Source: Chrysemys picta bellii
Lineage: Eukaryota
NCBI RefSeq assembly: GCF_011386835.1
Contig: NC_088802.1
Location: 9,238,001-9,302,000, forward strand
DNA length: 64,000 nucleotides
Direction of reading: 5' to 3'
Shown here: piece after piece, positions 50,097-61,641 of the stretch
Layout: every line of letters begins with the position of its first letter
How positions within the stretch are numbered: position 1 is the first letter of the stretch
Notes under the pieces: model-generated
What the model was told of the DNA's origin: nothing
Seen by the model: the letters and a program-made list of their open reading frames with translations, nothing else
Databases searched by the model: none
Made by a program: the position numbers and the translations under genes

Positions 50097-50325
50097 TAGG
50101 GGGCGCTGTGCTGTCCACCCTCATTGGGTCACTGTACCTCCCTCATTCTGGCACTAGGGGGCGCTGTGCCTAGGATGCGCTGCATCACCCTCTGGGCCTG
50201 CCCTAGGGGGCGCTGTGCCTAACCTGGGATGCACTCTGTCATCCTCTGGGCCTGCGCTAGGGGGCGCTGTGCCTAACCTGGGATGCACTCTGTCACCCTC
50301 TGGGCCTGCACTAGGGGGCGCTGTG
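50097..50325 (+). repeat. ~54-bp minisatellite, each unit with TAGGGGGCGCTGTG (CTCF-like core)
   Basis: Motif at 50097, 50155, 50204, 50258 and 50312. Confidence 0.85.
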
Positions 50326-52019
50326 CTGCTGTCCCTAGCCTGGCACATGCTCTCTGTCTCCACAGCTTGGCACTATGGGCTGCTTGGCCTGGATAATCCA
50401 GTCCCCTCTGCTGTGTTCCTAGTTGGGCTGTTTAACCCCATGGCTGGCACATTAGCAACTGAATGGCCCAATGTCCGAGGACCTGGTCCCCCTTCTGCTT
50501 CCGCCTCCTGCATTCCCTGGGGGTGGAATTTAGCCCTGCGCCCCCCCACTGCTAGCTAGGAGCCAGACTAGTGTCCTGCTCGCTCGCCCTCCTGCACCCG
50601 TGCTGGGCTAATGCGAGGAGAAGTTTTGCTCTGTCCTGAAACTCAACAGCTCTGTCTGGGAGCCACACCGGGAGCAGTAGCATGCAGAGGAAGGGGAGCT
50701 GGTTTTCTTGCCCTTCCATGGACCTGCTTTCCCCACCTCCCTTACTGCCCTGCAGCTCCCTGGGATAAACCGCCCAGGGAAGGAGCCCAGCTGCTGGGCC
50801 GTCTGAAGATCTCGGAGGATTTAGAAAGAGCCTTTTCTCTGCACTGTCAGCGGCTCCCAAACCCGCCGGCTCAATCCTCCCGTGCCCTGGCCAGCCAGGT
50901 GGAAAAAATGCAACTTGCCGCTCCAGCTCGCGTGTCTGAGCCCAGCCGCTGCTTTAGAACAACTGTTAGCTTGTCTGAGAGGGACGCAGGGCCAGCCGTT
51001 GTGCTGGAGCGGGCCTCTCCGGCGTGAGATCGCCGGCCATCAGACCAGCGGGCCCTCTTGCCGCGCTGAAATCATCAGTGGGGCCCATCTATCCTAGTGT
51101 CTTCTTCACACACACCCTCTCTGTGCTAGATCAGACCCCAGGGCTGGAGATGCTTCAAACCAGGACCGGGTAGAGCCTGGGATTTTCTGTTCTTCAGCCT
51201 CTGCGTCATGGTTTCTCCCCTCCCCCCCCCCATCCCCCCGCCAAAATATTCCCAGCTGGCCTCACCCTATGCCTCTGCCCCCATCCCTTACGCCTCTGGG
51301 ATTCCGTGGGGCGCAGCCTAGTCTACCCCTCCCCAAGGATCCAAGGTGTGTGCGCCAGTGAATCCAACCGATGGACAGGCTTAAGCAGCAGTGGTGCGAA
51401 TCTCCGCCCGAGTCCTGCCAAGCAGAGACAGATGGACACCCCGGTTCTTCCTCCCCAGGGGCCCTCCTTCCAACTGGCCCTGGATCACAGCCGCCTGACT
51501 TTCCTGGCTCGGCAGCCAGATCTCGCCACCGTCATCCCAAGTCAATACCGATCAGTGAGCTCGGCTGGTCAAACAAGCCTTGTGTGTCTTGCCCTTGCGC
51601 CCCGGGCTAGGAGCCAAGCGGTGCAGGGTTGGGCTGGGGCGCTTGTTTGGATGGGAGACCTCTGAGGAAGTCCCCCCCCCCCCCCCTCCGGGGGATGTGG
51701 CTCAACAGATGGTGCTGGTCCCTCTAAGTCAGTGCTGACCCCAATGCCCCAGTGTGGCACTAGGGGTCACTGGGCTGCAAGCAGCCGGCTTGAGGTGCAA
51801 GCCAGTGCGGTGCTGGGGGCGCTGTGCTGCAGGGAATGGGGTGGGGGCGCTGTCCCCTCGCAGACAGCGCTGGCCCTAGAGTTAATTCCAGATGCAAAAT
51901 GTAATGTGGGTAATGATTTTTTTCCCTCGCTAAATCCCTCCCTGCTCTCGTTCTGAGCTATGGGATTCTCCTTCGCTTCCTGTCCCAGTCAGTTGCTGGG
52001 CAGCTGTTAAATGACTGCT

Positions 52020-52290
52020 CCACCCCACCCCAGAGGGGGCTGCATTTCAGCGCTGGGCGAGTGACCCCCATGCTGCATCGCTGAGAGGTTGTTCCCCAGC
52101 TGCTCCACCCCAGAGGTGGCTGCATTTCAGCGCTGGGCGAGTGACCCCCCGTGCTGCATCGCTGTGAGGTTGTTCCCCAGCTGCCCCACCCCAGAGGTGG
52201 CTGCGTTTCAGTGCTGGGGTGAACAGTCCCTGTGCGGCGCTGCTGCACGGCTGCTAAACAACTGCCCCGCCCCACCCCAGAGGTGGCTGC
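52020..52290 (+). repeat. Locally reiterated caccccagaggtggctgc motif from an interspersed repeat
   Basis: Four copies at ~52027, 52106, 52188 and 52273; single copies at ~39238, 40400 and 44157. Confidence 0.65.
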
Positions 52291-53238
52291 ACTACGGAGA
52301 GGGATGGCTGCCTACCCAAACAGTAGTTTAGCCACATGCTGCCCAAATGGCCCTGAAGCAGGGAGTCGACCGTACGGTCGCCCTCCCCACTTGGGTTTGC
52401 AGCAGCCTGGTGGCGTGTGAACATGGCTGAGCCCAGCCTGTCGCCGTGTTAAATATAGGGCCGGGGCTCTCACCGGGGGGATTAATGAAGCTCCTGATGC
52501 AGCTACTAAGCAAGGGTGGGATTACGGGCTTAAGCCGGTGCTATGCGCAGTTCCCGCCCGTGGGACCAGCGGGGTCCGAGCTGAGGTTCGTGCAGCAGCT
52601 CTTGGGGAGGGAGGGGCCTGCCAGGGCATCTCTGCACACCAGCCACTGGGTGGGGAGGAGAGGGGATCTCTGATCCGGTGTGTCTCCAGTCTTGGGCTTC
52701 ATCAGCCGGTACACTCAGCTTCCCCTCCCAATGCACCCTCCTCCCCAGGCGCGGCGGGGGATTACCCTTTCTGCTCACACCTGGGGTTCCCAGGCCCTCC
52801 CCGCCCTGCAACTCCCCCACTCCACCCTATCTGGGAGGGGGCGTTTCTGCTGCTTGGCCTAAGGCCCCCCATCCTGTAGGACAACCAATTCCTGGAGTCA
52901 GGACGTGCAGGGGGAGCGTTGGCCTCTGCCCCTCCAGACAGCCGAGCCGATCGCGAATTAGCTCAGCTAAAGGATAACCATGGGGCAGGGAAGATCTTTG
53001 GTGCAGGTAGTTGAAGGGGCTGATGCCGAAGGAGGGGAGAGAGGGGCCCGGGGGTATCCCTGGGAGCAATGGGGGGACATGAAGAATGGGGCAATATCGA
53101 GTAAATGTCAGTGAAAGAATCTGGAGGGGAAGATGTATCCGGATGGGGAAATCGGCTCCCTGAGGGACGGGCTGGGGGCCCCTTTGCTGGGGACTTGTAA
53201 AACCAGGAATGGACGGAGCCCTGGAGAATAGGCTGTAG

Positions 53239-53606
53239 GGGCTGGGCCCTGATGGGGCATCTCCATCTCACTAGGGGCTGGGCTGGATGGGTTGTCTCCA
53301 TCTCACATGGGGATAGGCCCTGATGGGGCGTCTCCATCTCACTGGGGGCTGGGCCCTGATGGGGCGTCTCCATCTCACTGGGGGCTGGGCCCTGATGGGG
53401 CTTCTCCATCTCACTGGGGGATGGGCCCTGATGGGGCGTCTCCATCTCACTGGGGGATGGGCTGGATGGAGTGTCTCCATCTCACATGGGGATAGGCCCT
53501 GATGGGGCATCTCCATCTCACTGGGGGATGGGCTGGGTGGGCCCTGATGGGGCATCTCCATCTCACAGGGGGATGGGCCCTGATGGGGTGTCTCCATGTC
53601 ACTGGG
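53239..53606 (+). repeat. ~39-bp minisatellite (gggccctgatggggcgtctccatctcactggggg), about 9 units
   Basis: Seen directly; produces the repetitive METPHQGP ORF on the minus strand. Confidence 0.9.
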
Positions 53607-53794
53607 AAGAGGCTGTAGGGAACGATCCCACCCTGGCTCCCCAAGTGGCGCTGAACCTGATGGCCACCCGATGGAGCTGCTCCTCTGTCCTTACTGGCTG
53701 GAGGCCTGGAGGATAGTCTGGAGGGAGCAATCCAGCCCGGGGTCCCAGGTGGGGCTTGACCAGTGGCAATCGTGACCCATTGCCGATATGCACT

Positions 53795-53828
53795 TGTACT
53801 TCACTGACTCCACTTTCTGCCCCCCCAG
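53795..53828 (+). other. Branch point and 3' splice acceptor of the MGAT1 coding exon
   Basis: cactgac branch-like motif, tract ctccactttctgccccccc, ag at 53827-53828; 71 nt before the ATG. Confidence 0.7.
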
Positions 53829-53899
53829 GTCCATGGCCGTGGAGTGACACCTGAGGGATCGAGAGCACAAGCGAGCGGGGGGGCCTCTGTCTGTGAAGG

Positions 53900-55261
53900 A
53901 TGCTGAAGAAGAGCAGCCTGGTTCTCTGGGGCGTGGTGCTGTTTGTGGCCTGGAACGCCCTGCTCCTTTTCTTCCTGTGGACCCGGCCCCCAGCCTTCGA
54001 CGACCACAGCCACTTGACCGAGGAGGTCATCCGGCTGGCCCAGGACGCAGAGCTGGAGCTGGAGAACCAGAAGGACCTGCTGCGGCAGATCCACCGGTAT
54101 AGCGCCCTCTGGAGCAAGAAGAGGAAGAAGGCGGAGGAGACGGGTCGGCTCCCGCCGCCCGCCGCCGCCTCCAACACTGGGGCTTTGCCCACCACAGAGG
54201 CCGCCCCGCGCCGGTCCCAGGCCTCCCCGGATGCGGTCCTGCCCGTGGTGGTGATCGCCTGTGACCGCAGCACGGTCCGTCGGTGCCTCGACAAGCTGCT
54301 GCACTACCGGCCGTCCCGGGAGCGCTTCCCCATCATCGTGAGCCAGGACTGCGGGCACGAGGAGACGGCCCGGGTCATCGCCTCCTACGGCGAGGCCGTC
54401 ATGCACATCAAGCAGCCGGACCTGAGCGACATCCCGGTGCCCACGGACCACCGCAAGTTCCAGGGCTACTACAAGATCGCCCGACACTACCGCTGGGCCC
54501 TGAGCCAGGTTTTCCGCACCTTCCAGTACCAGGCGGCCATTGTGGTAGAGGATGACCTGGAAGTGGCTCCAGATTTCTTCGAGTACTTCCAGGCGGCCTT
54601 CCCGCTCCTGCTGGCTGACCCCAGCCTCTGGTGTGTCTCGGCCTGGAATGACAATGGCAAGGAGCAGATGGTGGAGGCTGGCCGGCCGGAGCTGCTCTAC
54701 CGTACAGACTTCTTCCCCGGCCTGGGTTGGCTGCTGCTGTCGGAGCTGTGGGACGAGCTGGAGCCCAAGTGGCCCAGAGCCTTCTGGGACGACTGGCTGA
54801 GGCAGCCGGAGCAGCGGCGCAGCCGCTCCTGCATTAGGCCCGAGGTCTCCCGCACCATGACCTTCGGCCGCAAGGGCGTGAGCCACGGGCAGTTCTTCGA
54901 CCAGTACCTGAAGTTCATCAAGCTCAACGACCGCTTCGTGCCTTTCACCCAGCTGGACCTCTCCTACCTCAAGAAGGAGGAGTATGAGCGCTCGTTCCTG
55001 CCCAAGGTCTACGACGCCCCAGAGCTGCGGGTGGAGGAGCTGCAGGGCAACCAGCGTCGGGAACTGGGCACCGTCCGCGTGCAGTACAGCAGCCGCGACT
55101 CCTTCAAGGCCTTCGCCAAGGCCCTGGGCGTTATGGATGATCTCAAGTCGGGGGTGCCCCGTGCCGGCTACCGCGGCATCGTCAGCTTTCTTTACCGCGG
55201 CCGGCGGGTCTACCTGGCGCCCCCTTCTGACTGGACGGGCTATGACCCCAGTTGGAGTTAG
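53900..55261 (+). CDS. MGAT1: Alpha-1,3-mannosyl-glycoprotein 2-beta-N-acetylglucosaminyltransferase (GlcNAc-T I, GT13), 453 aa, single coding exon
   Basis: MLKK..LVLWG..LFVAWNALLL type II anchor; VIACDR, IIVSQDCG, YYKIARHYRWAL, EDD metal-binding motif, SAWNDNG, RTDFFPGLGW, FWDDW, GVSHGQFF, YDPSWS end. Confidence 0.98.
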   Translation: MLKKSSLVLWGVVLFVAWNALLLFFLWTRPPAFDDHSHLTEEVIRLAQDAELELENQKDLLRQIHRYSALWSKKRKKAEETGRLPPPAAASNTGALPTTEAAPRRSQASPDAVLPVVVIACDRSTVRRCLDKLLHYRPSRERFPIIVSQDCGHEETARVIASYGEAVMHIKQPDLSDIPVPTDHRKFQGYYKIARHYRWALSQVFRTFQYQAAIVVEDDLEVAPDFFEYFQAAFPLLLADPSLWCVSAWNDNGKEQMVEAGRPELLYRTDFFPGLGWLLLSELWDELEPKWPRAFWDDWLRQPEQRRSRSCIRPEVSRTMTFGRKGVSHGQFFDQYLKFIKLNDRFVPFTQLDLSYLKKEEYERSFLPKVYDAPELRVEELQGNQRRELGTVRVQYSSRDSFKAFAKALGVMDDLKSGVPRAGYRGIVSFLYRGRRVYLAPPSDWTGYDPSWS

Positions 55262-57959
55262 CACCGTCTCTCACCGGACATTGACCCTTGAGCATGTTGG
55301 ACCCATAAAGATCATGGAGCGGGTGGGCGGGGTGTGTGTGTGTGGGGCAGGGACTCAGACCTTGTATTTTTGTTTTCTGAGTGGCATTCGAGTGCATTCC
55401 GGGGTGGGGCAGGGTGTGTGTGTGTGTGTGTGTTTGTGCACTTAATACGGGGGGAGGGGAGGGGGCAGGATTATTGTGATGCCCCGATGTGGGGGGGCAG
55501 GGGACTGGGATGGGGCATGCTGAGGCTTTCCCCACTGCCCTCCCCCTCTGCACCCCCAGTGCCTATCCCCTTTCTGACATTGTGATCTCCCCTCTACCGT
55601 GTCCCTGGTGGTTTCTCCAGAGTGGGTGGGTGGGGTCAGAGCCAATGCTGAACCGAACTGATCGACCAGTGGCTACTTTCCCAGCCTCTGTGAGCTGCGG
55701 GGGAAGAATGGAGAGAGGGGGTTGACCACCTCATCCAGGGAGGGCCTAATGGTGATGCCAGGACCTGCTTAGGACCTTTGGCAGTTCCCACCTCGCCATC
55801 CTTAGTTGGGGGCAGAGTGGGAGTGGGCAGGGGTCACCTCTGGCTATAGCTGGAAGGGAACATTGGAGATGACGGGGCACCCTTGATGGTCCTCAAGGGC
55901 CCATCGTTAGCTGTAGGGGAGTTGTGCAGGGGCAGGGAGCTTTATGTCAATGATGACCTCTTTGGTGTCTCCATCGGACCATCTCTAGCATGGTTGGAGC
56001 ATCAGAACCTTCTTGTCCTTTGACCTGTGCAGTGGTCCCCAAGCAGCCCTCTAGGTCACAGGTGTGTGAGGAGTTGTCCTGGCTTCTCTCTATCCAGCAA
56101 CCTTACGTCTCCCCAACGTTCCTCTGTTTGCAGTGGGTGTTCCACCACGGCAGTCCCTTCACTGTCCTTCATTGCCGCTTTTCTACACTGTGCACGGAGG
56201 AAGCTTGTTACGGAGCTGGGGCTCTGCAATCTGGCTCGTGTCACTCTCTCTGGCGAGGAAGGGAGAGACCCGAGCTTGCAGCCTGCCTTAATCCTCAGCG
56301 GGGGCCTCCATCCTTTCCCGGGTTGAAGTTCGGTTCAAAGTTGGCTCAGTCCCTGCCTGATGGTGGCTGATTCCCCTGCTGCCATGGTTGAGAGGACCAT
56401 TGATGTAGCAGTGGGGAGAGACATGAGATAGCACCATGGAGGAGAACCCCAGGGGTGGTGGGACACAAGAAAAGGGGCTCTCTGATAACGAGCCCTGCCT
56501 TATCTAGGGGGGTAGAGCCCCCTCTCCAGTCTCTTAGAGGTGCTGCTAAGCTGTTGAAGAGCCAGTTTGGGGAGGGAGAGTTACAGTTCAGACCTCATTT
56601 GGCCAAAACATAGACCACACCAAAGGGTAACTTTTCCCCCACTGTATTATTTTGCTGTATTGTCCTGTTTTTGTTTTAAATCCCCTTATATCTTCCCCAG
56701 TCTGGGAGGTGAGCCAGGGGAGGAGGGATACCAAACCGCCCATTGGCATCCTACATCACCCATGAAATTGCTTGGTGCCCTAGGGCAAGTTTGGCAAAGG
56801 ATGGGTGGGCGCAGAAGCTTCCTGCCATCCAGTCCCTGTTGGTGAGGTCAGGCAGAGAGGAGCTCCCATGTCAACAGCCAAGGAGGAGATGGTCATTCCA
56901 AGAGAGTATTAAAGGGTCTGCAAATGTACTGTCTCCAAAGTGCCCCTTCCCTCCCAGCTCTGGTCGGCAATATCCAGAGCGCCTGAGGCTTCCTCAGAGT
57001 AGGGGTGCTTCAGTGTGTATGTAACTTTCCTCCCCTCCTTGGGCCAGGATGGGGGGAATCTATCTGAAGATAGAATCTCTGGGAGTGGGAGGTCCATTTG
57101 TAGGTAGGATCTTCAATGGGATCCAGCCAGCTCTTCGGGGAGCCCTCCAGGTTGGGTCGGATCCCCGCCATTCTCCTGGGCAGGAACTGGGAGCTGGGCA
57201 GGCTCTTCCATCCCGCCTTGCCTGCGGCAATTCAAGTGAGCCCAACCCCATTCCATTTGCTCTGGGCTGTGCCACCCTCACCACACGTGGCTCTGAGGTA
57301 GGGCTTGCTGCCCCGTGCTGCCGAGAGGCCTTAGACTCTGGTTGACTTCAAGGTGAGGAAGACGGTCCAGCGAAACGAAGCCCCTGACTACGTTGTGGCC
57401 GATGGAGCTCCCCTCGCGAACCCTCCCTGCTCCTGGCCGAAGCAGTGTGAGGTTGTGGTGGAGGGAGTTTTCCCTCTGTGGGTTTGCAAGAGAGGAGTAG
57501 ATACAACCAGCTGTGGTGCTCTTACCCTCTTGGAGAGGATCCCATCCCCGCTCCCCTACCCCCAAACACTGAGGGTGCCTGGGCAGCCAGCTGCTCTGTT
57601 CAGCCTTGGACGGAGCGGGGTCTGCACTGAGGGGAGTTGGGATGGAAGCCCACCCTTTGTTCAAGGAGGTTGATTTAAATCAGTTTCCTTTTCTATAGCG
57701 GTTGCTCCCCCTACCATGGGGGTTGGGATTACTCCATGATTACCCTCTCTGCCTGCTGCCCCCTTCCCCGTGGAGGGGGGTGGTGAGAGGTTGAACCACA
57801 TGCCTGGACCAGTCTTGAAGCCATTCCTAGTGGAAGGGGCGGAGGAGAGGAGGGAATTTTGAGCAGGGGGGCTAGGGTGGAGAGGGGGAGAGAGGCTGTT
57901 TTTATGTCCAAATGTCATTCTGCGAAAGCAAACTTTAAGGTGCAGAAACTATTTTCCAG

Positions 57960-57970
57960 AATAAAATAAA
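57960..57970 (+). other. Probable MGAT1 polyadenylation signal (overlapping AATAAA pair)
   Basis: AATAAAATAAA in an A/T-rich patch ~2.7 kb after the stop codon. Confidence 0.5.
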
Positions 57971-58451
57971 AGCCAGACCTTTTTCGGCTCGACACGTCAT
58001 TGCTCTCCATCTCCCTGGAATTTGCTTGGCCCTAGTTTGAATGTGCCAAGCACCAGCCCTTCCTACAGTCATTCTTCACTGACTGCCCCCTGAAATGGGG
58101 CAAATAAGAGGAGCACAGGCAATGCACGGCCAACGGGAATACTCTATTGAGACAGACAAGTGTTAGTTATTGTTTGTGTCGAGTAGTGCCTGGGAGCCTC
58201 TCTCCTGGCTCAGGACTCTGCGGTGCTAGGTGCTGCACAAACACAAAGCAAAGGAATGCTCCCTGCTCCAGGAACTGATTCCCCTTCCCGCCCTCGGCCC
58301 CTCCCGCATGGAATCCTTGAAGGGCTTAGAACAAATTGTATTGTTGTCGTTTACCTCTTAAATGAGGCCAACGTTCCCAGATGTAACTCCTGCTCCCTCC
58401 CTGTACCCCTGATGTTAGGACTATTTGTTTTACAGTAGCACATGGAGGCTA

Positions 58452-58720
58452 CAGCTGAGATCAGGGCCCCGTTGTGCCGGGCGCTGCCCAGACACACAGC
58501 GAGAGACGGTCCCTGCCCCAGCTGAGATCAGGGCCCCATTGTGCTGGGCGCTGCCCAGACACACAGCGAGAGACGGTCCCTGCCCCAGCTGAGATCAGGG
58601 CCCTGTTGTGCCCGGCACTGCACAGACACACAGGGAGAGACAGTCCCTGCCCCAGCTGAGATCAGGGCCCTGTTGTGCCCGGCGCTGCACAGACACACAG
58701 GAAGAGACAGTCCCTGCCCC
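58452..58720 (+). repeat. 67-bp x4 tandem repeat amplified from an L2/MIR-like element
   Basis: cagctgagatcagggccc starts at 58452, 58519, 58586 and 58653. Confidence 0.9.
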
Positions 58721-59424
58721 CAAATTAGGCAAGCCAGCCGAAGGAAGGGTGGTGGTTGTCCCAAGTTTGCTGATGTACAGAACGATGGAGTGATTTGCAC
58801 AAGGAGCCAGAAGTTGAACCCAGCCATCCTGAGCCCCCGTCTGGGGCCCGAATCACAGGCCCCTTCATTTCTTCCCCCTTCTCCTACTGGTTCCAGGGCC
58901 AGTGCCCCCAGGGCAGGGGAGTGCCATGGGACTTGGCACGTCTGGCCTTTGCTCCCATCTCCTATGGCTCCGCAGGGCAGGAGCCGCCCAGGGCCATGGG
59001 CAGCAGGCACAAGGAAGGCTGAGAGCAGGGCCCTGGGAGATCTTTAACCCTCATGTTTCAGGGGCGCAGCTTGAGCTGGGAGCCTGGGTTCCACACCGGG
59101 AACAGAGGGGAGAATCTCGCACTCTTGGAGCATTAGAGGCAGAGCCCAGCCCTGGGGGAAGGGCCGCTCCTGCCTGTGACACAAGAGGTGGTCGCTGTGT
59201 GTGGAAGGAAACATAGATGTCATTGCTGGAGGGGAGCAGGGAGCAGCCCCTAACCCCAATGAGGTTCATTTGCAGCCAGCCTCTGGCACCATCAGCCCCG
59301 TGGTGACAAGTGTCTCCAGATCTGCTTCCTGCCCCAGCGGCTATGCTCTCCCTCGTCCTTTGAAGAACCAGAGAATCAGTCTATATACAGCCCCCTAGGC
59401 CATGCAAAGTCAGTCCATATAAAG

Positions 59425-60155
59425 TAGGGCAGTCAATAGCAGTTAACTCGAGCGATTAATTTGTTTTGCATTATCTCGATTAAAAAATTACTTTCAATTA
59501 ATCAGTTTTAATCGCACTGTTAAACAATCATCGCAATAATACCAATTGAAATGTATTATAAATATTTTGGGATGTTTTTCTACATTTTCAAATATATTGA
59601 TTTCAATTACAACACAGAATACAAAGTGTCCAGTGCTCACTGTATCTGATTACAAATATTTGCACTGTCGAAAAGATAAGCGACAGAAATAGTATGTTTC
59701 GATTCACCTCGTGCAAGCACTGCAGTGCGATCTCTTTATCGTGAAAGTGCAACTTACAAATGTAGAATTATTTTTCACATGACCGCACTCAAAAACAAAA
59801 CAATGTAAAACTTTAGCGCCTACAAGTCCACTCAGTCCTACTTCTTGTTCAGCCAATCGCCAAGACAAACAAGTTTGTTTATATACACGGGAGATAAGGC
59901 TGCCCGCTTCTTGTTTGCAGCGTCACTTGAAAGTAAGAACAGGTGTTCGCATGGCACTTTTGTAGCCGGCATTGCAAGGTATTTATGTGCCAGATGCACT
60001 AAACATTCACATATCCCTTCATAAGGTCCAAAAATCTTTATAACACATTTCCATTGGGATTCTATGATTGCTTAACAGTACGAGTAAAACGGCGATGAAT
60101 TTTTGAAATCTCACGATTAATCGTGATTATCTTTTTTAATTGTTTGACAGCCGTA
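59425..60155. mobile_element. hAT non-autonomous element
   Basis: TIR tagggcagtcaa/ttgacagccgta; perfect 8-bp TSD ATATAAAG (59417-59424, 60156-60163). Confidence 0.88.
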
Positions 60156-60566
60156 ATATAAAGCGTAGCAGCCCTCAGCCACTGAGTCAGTCCATATGAA
60201 ACTTCCAACTTCCTAGTCCTTAGGTTCTGCTGCCACCTTGTGGCCATTCCCAGTCATTCTAGGACCTCAAATCCTCATTTGTCTTTTCTCTTCCATTCTC
60301 CTTCCCCCCTTTCCCCCCATCACAACAGTTTGAAACATGGGCGATGGGTGAACCACCTTCGGGGAGGCTAGCCCGCTGGCCCCGCCCCTTCCACCTACCC
60401 TGGGAGAGGAGCTGGGGTGCTCGAGATTAGCCCCTGGACCGTCTCCCTGCCCCCCGGGGCGCGCTGCCCAGGGCAGCCGGAGGGTCTGGGGTTCCCCACA
60501 GCAGCCCAGGCTTCCTGGGCAGCTCTTACTGCAGCCCAGCTGTCTGGCTTGACCAGGGATTGGGGC

Positions 60567-60690
60567 TAGGGTGGCCAGACAGCAAGTGTGAAAAATCAGG
60601 ACAGGGGGTGGGGGGTAATAGGAGCCTATATAAGAAAAAGACCCCAAAATCGGGACTGTCCCTATAAAATCAGGACATCTGGTCACCCTA
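60567..60690. mobile_element. hAT MITE with TAGGGTGACCAG-type ends
   Basis: tagggtggccag/ctggtcacccta; flanks attggggc/cgtggggc; inverted relative of 61815-61937. Confidence 0.8.
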
Positions 60691-61641
60691 CGTGGGGCCT
60701 GGGGGGTGGACAGAGGAGGAGCAGGGCCTCGTGGGGGGGGGGGTGCTAAGGTCCACCTCAGCCCCGCCCACAGGGAACTGGCTGGCACCGTCCCTGAGCA
60801 CGTGGGGAGCAGAGCCACGGGGAAGCCGCGACAAATGCTGTCCCGGAGTCATTCAACCCAGGACCGGGACTTGAACTCTGTATTTCAGGACTGACCTTCA
60901 CCCAGTTCAGGACCGACGTCCATGCTCACGGCAGGTCCCCTATCTTAGGGGTGAGGGAAGGGTAAGTGGAGTCTCCATCTGAGCAGCCCGGGGGAGGCGT
61001 ATTCATGTGCGCTGTGGGACGACTTTTCAATGATCATGCATGCATTGGCAGAGGAACAGAGTCGGGTTGCCACCTTGGGCTACTAAAACCTGGGACACGC
61101 AGGCCCCCACACCAGGCCCAGCCCCTCACCCCCCACAGCCACCAGCACTCAAGCTCCAGCCCCTCCTACTGTTGCCCCGAGTCCCAGGCCCCCTTGGGCC
61201 ACTTGCCCCCTCATAAAGGTGGGGGGCCCAGGGGCAGTCTGGCCCTGTACTTCCCCAGCCTTCTGGCTACCACCCTCACCCGCATGGGCAGCCTTGGAAG
61301 GATTCGATTTTTACGGGTAAACATTGAATCGCCGCATGCACAACCCGAGGCAAAAATATTTCCTTCGCTAACCATCGAAATTTACGGACAGGCAAAGTAA
61401 GAAAAATTCTGCTTGAGAACCTCTGAGTTTGCTTTAAGGCTCCTGACTATGAAGGCTTTACCACGGACGGCTGACTGTTTGTGTTTTAACGCTTAGACAG
61501 CTTGAATGACAATTTAAATGGATGAACATTTGAAAAAGCCTTAAAATCCAGAATTTTGCACAAGAGTGAATGTTTAAATATATAAACTGCAGACCTAGAT
61601 CGGGATAACTACATCTCTCCGGGGTGTGAAAAACCCACAGT

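Noticed and set aside
52963-53597. Repetitive ORFs (METPHQGP...)
   Set aside because: The open frame results from a 39-bp (multiple of 3) repeat; no splice or domain support.
53801-55264. 487-aa antisense ORF over MGAT1
   Set aside because: Shadow frame produced by the GC3-rich codons of the sense CDS; it spans the same interval and has no recognisable domain.
57353-57673. 106-aa ORF in the presumed MGAT1 3' UTR
   Set aside because: Non-ATG start, no domain, and no splice support.
50097-58720. CRISPR-like repeat arrays (50097, 53239, 58452)
   Set aside because: Units are contiguous with no unique spacers, there are no cas genes, and the context is vertebrate; these are minisatellites.
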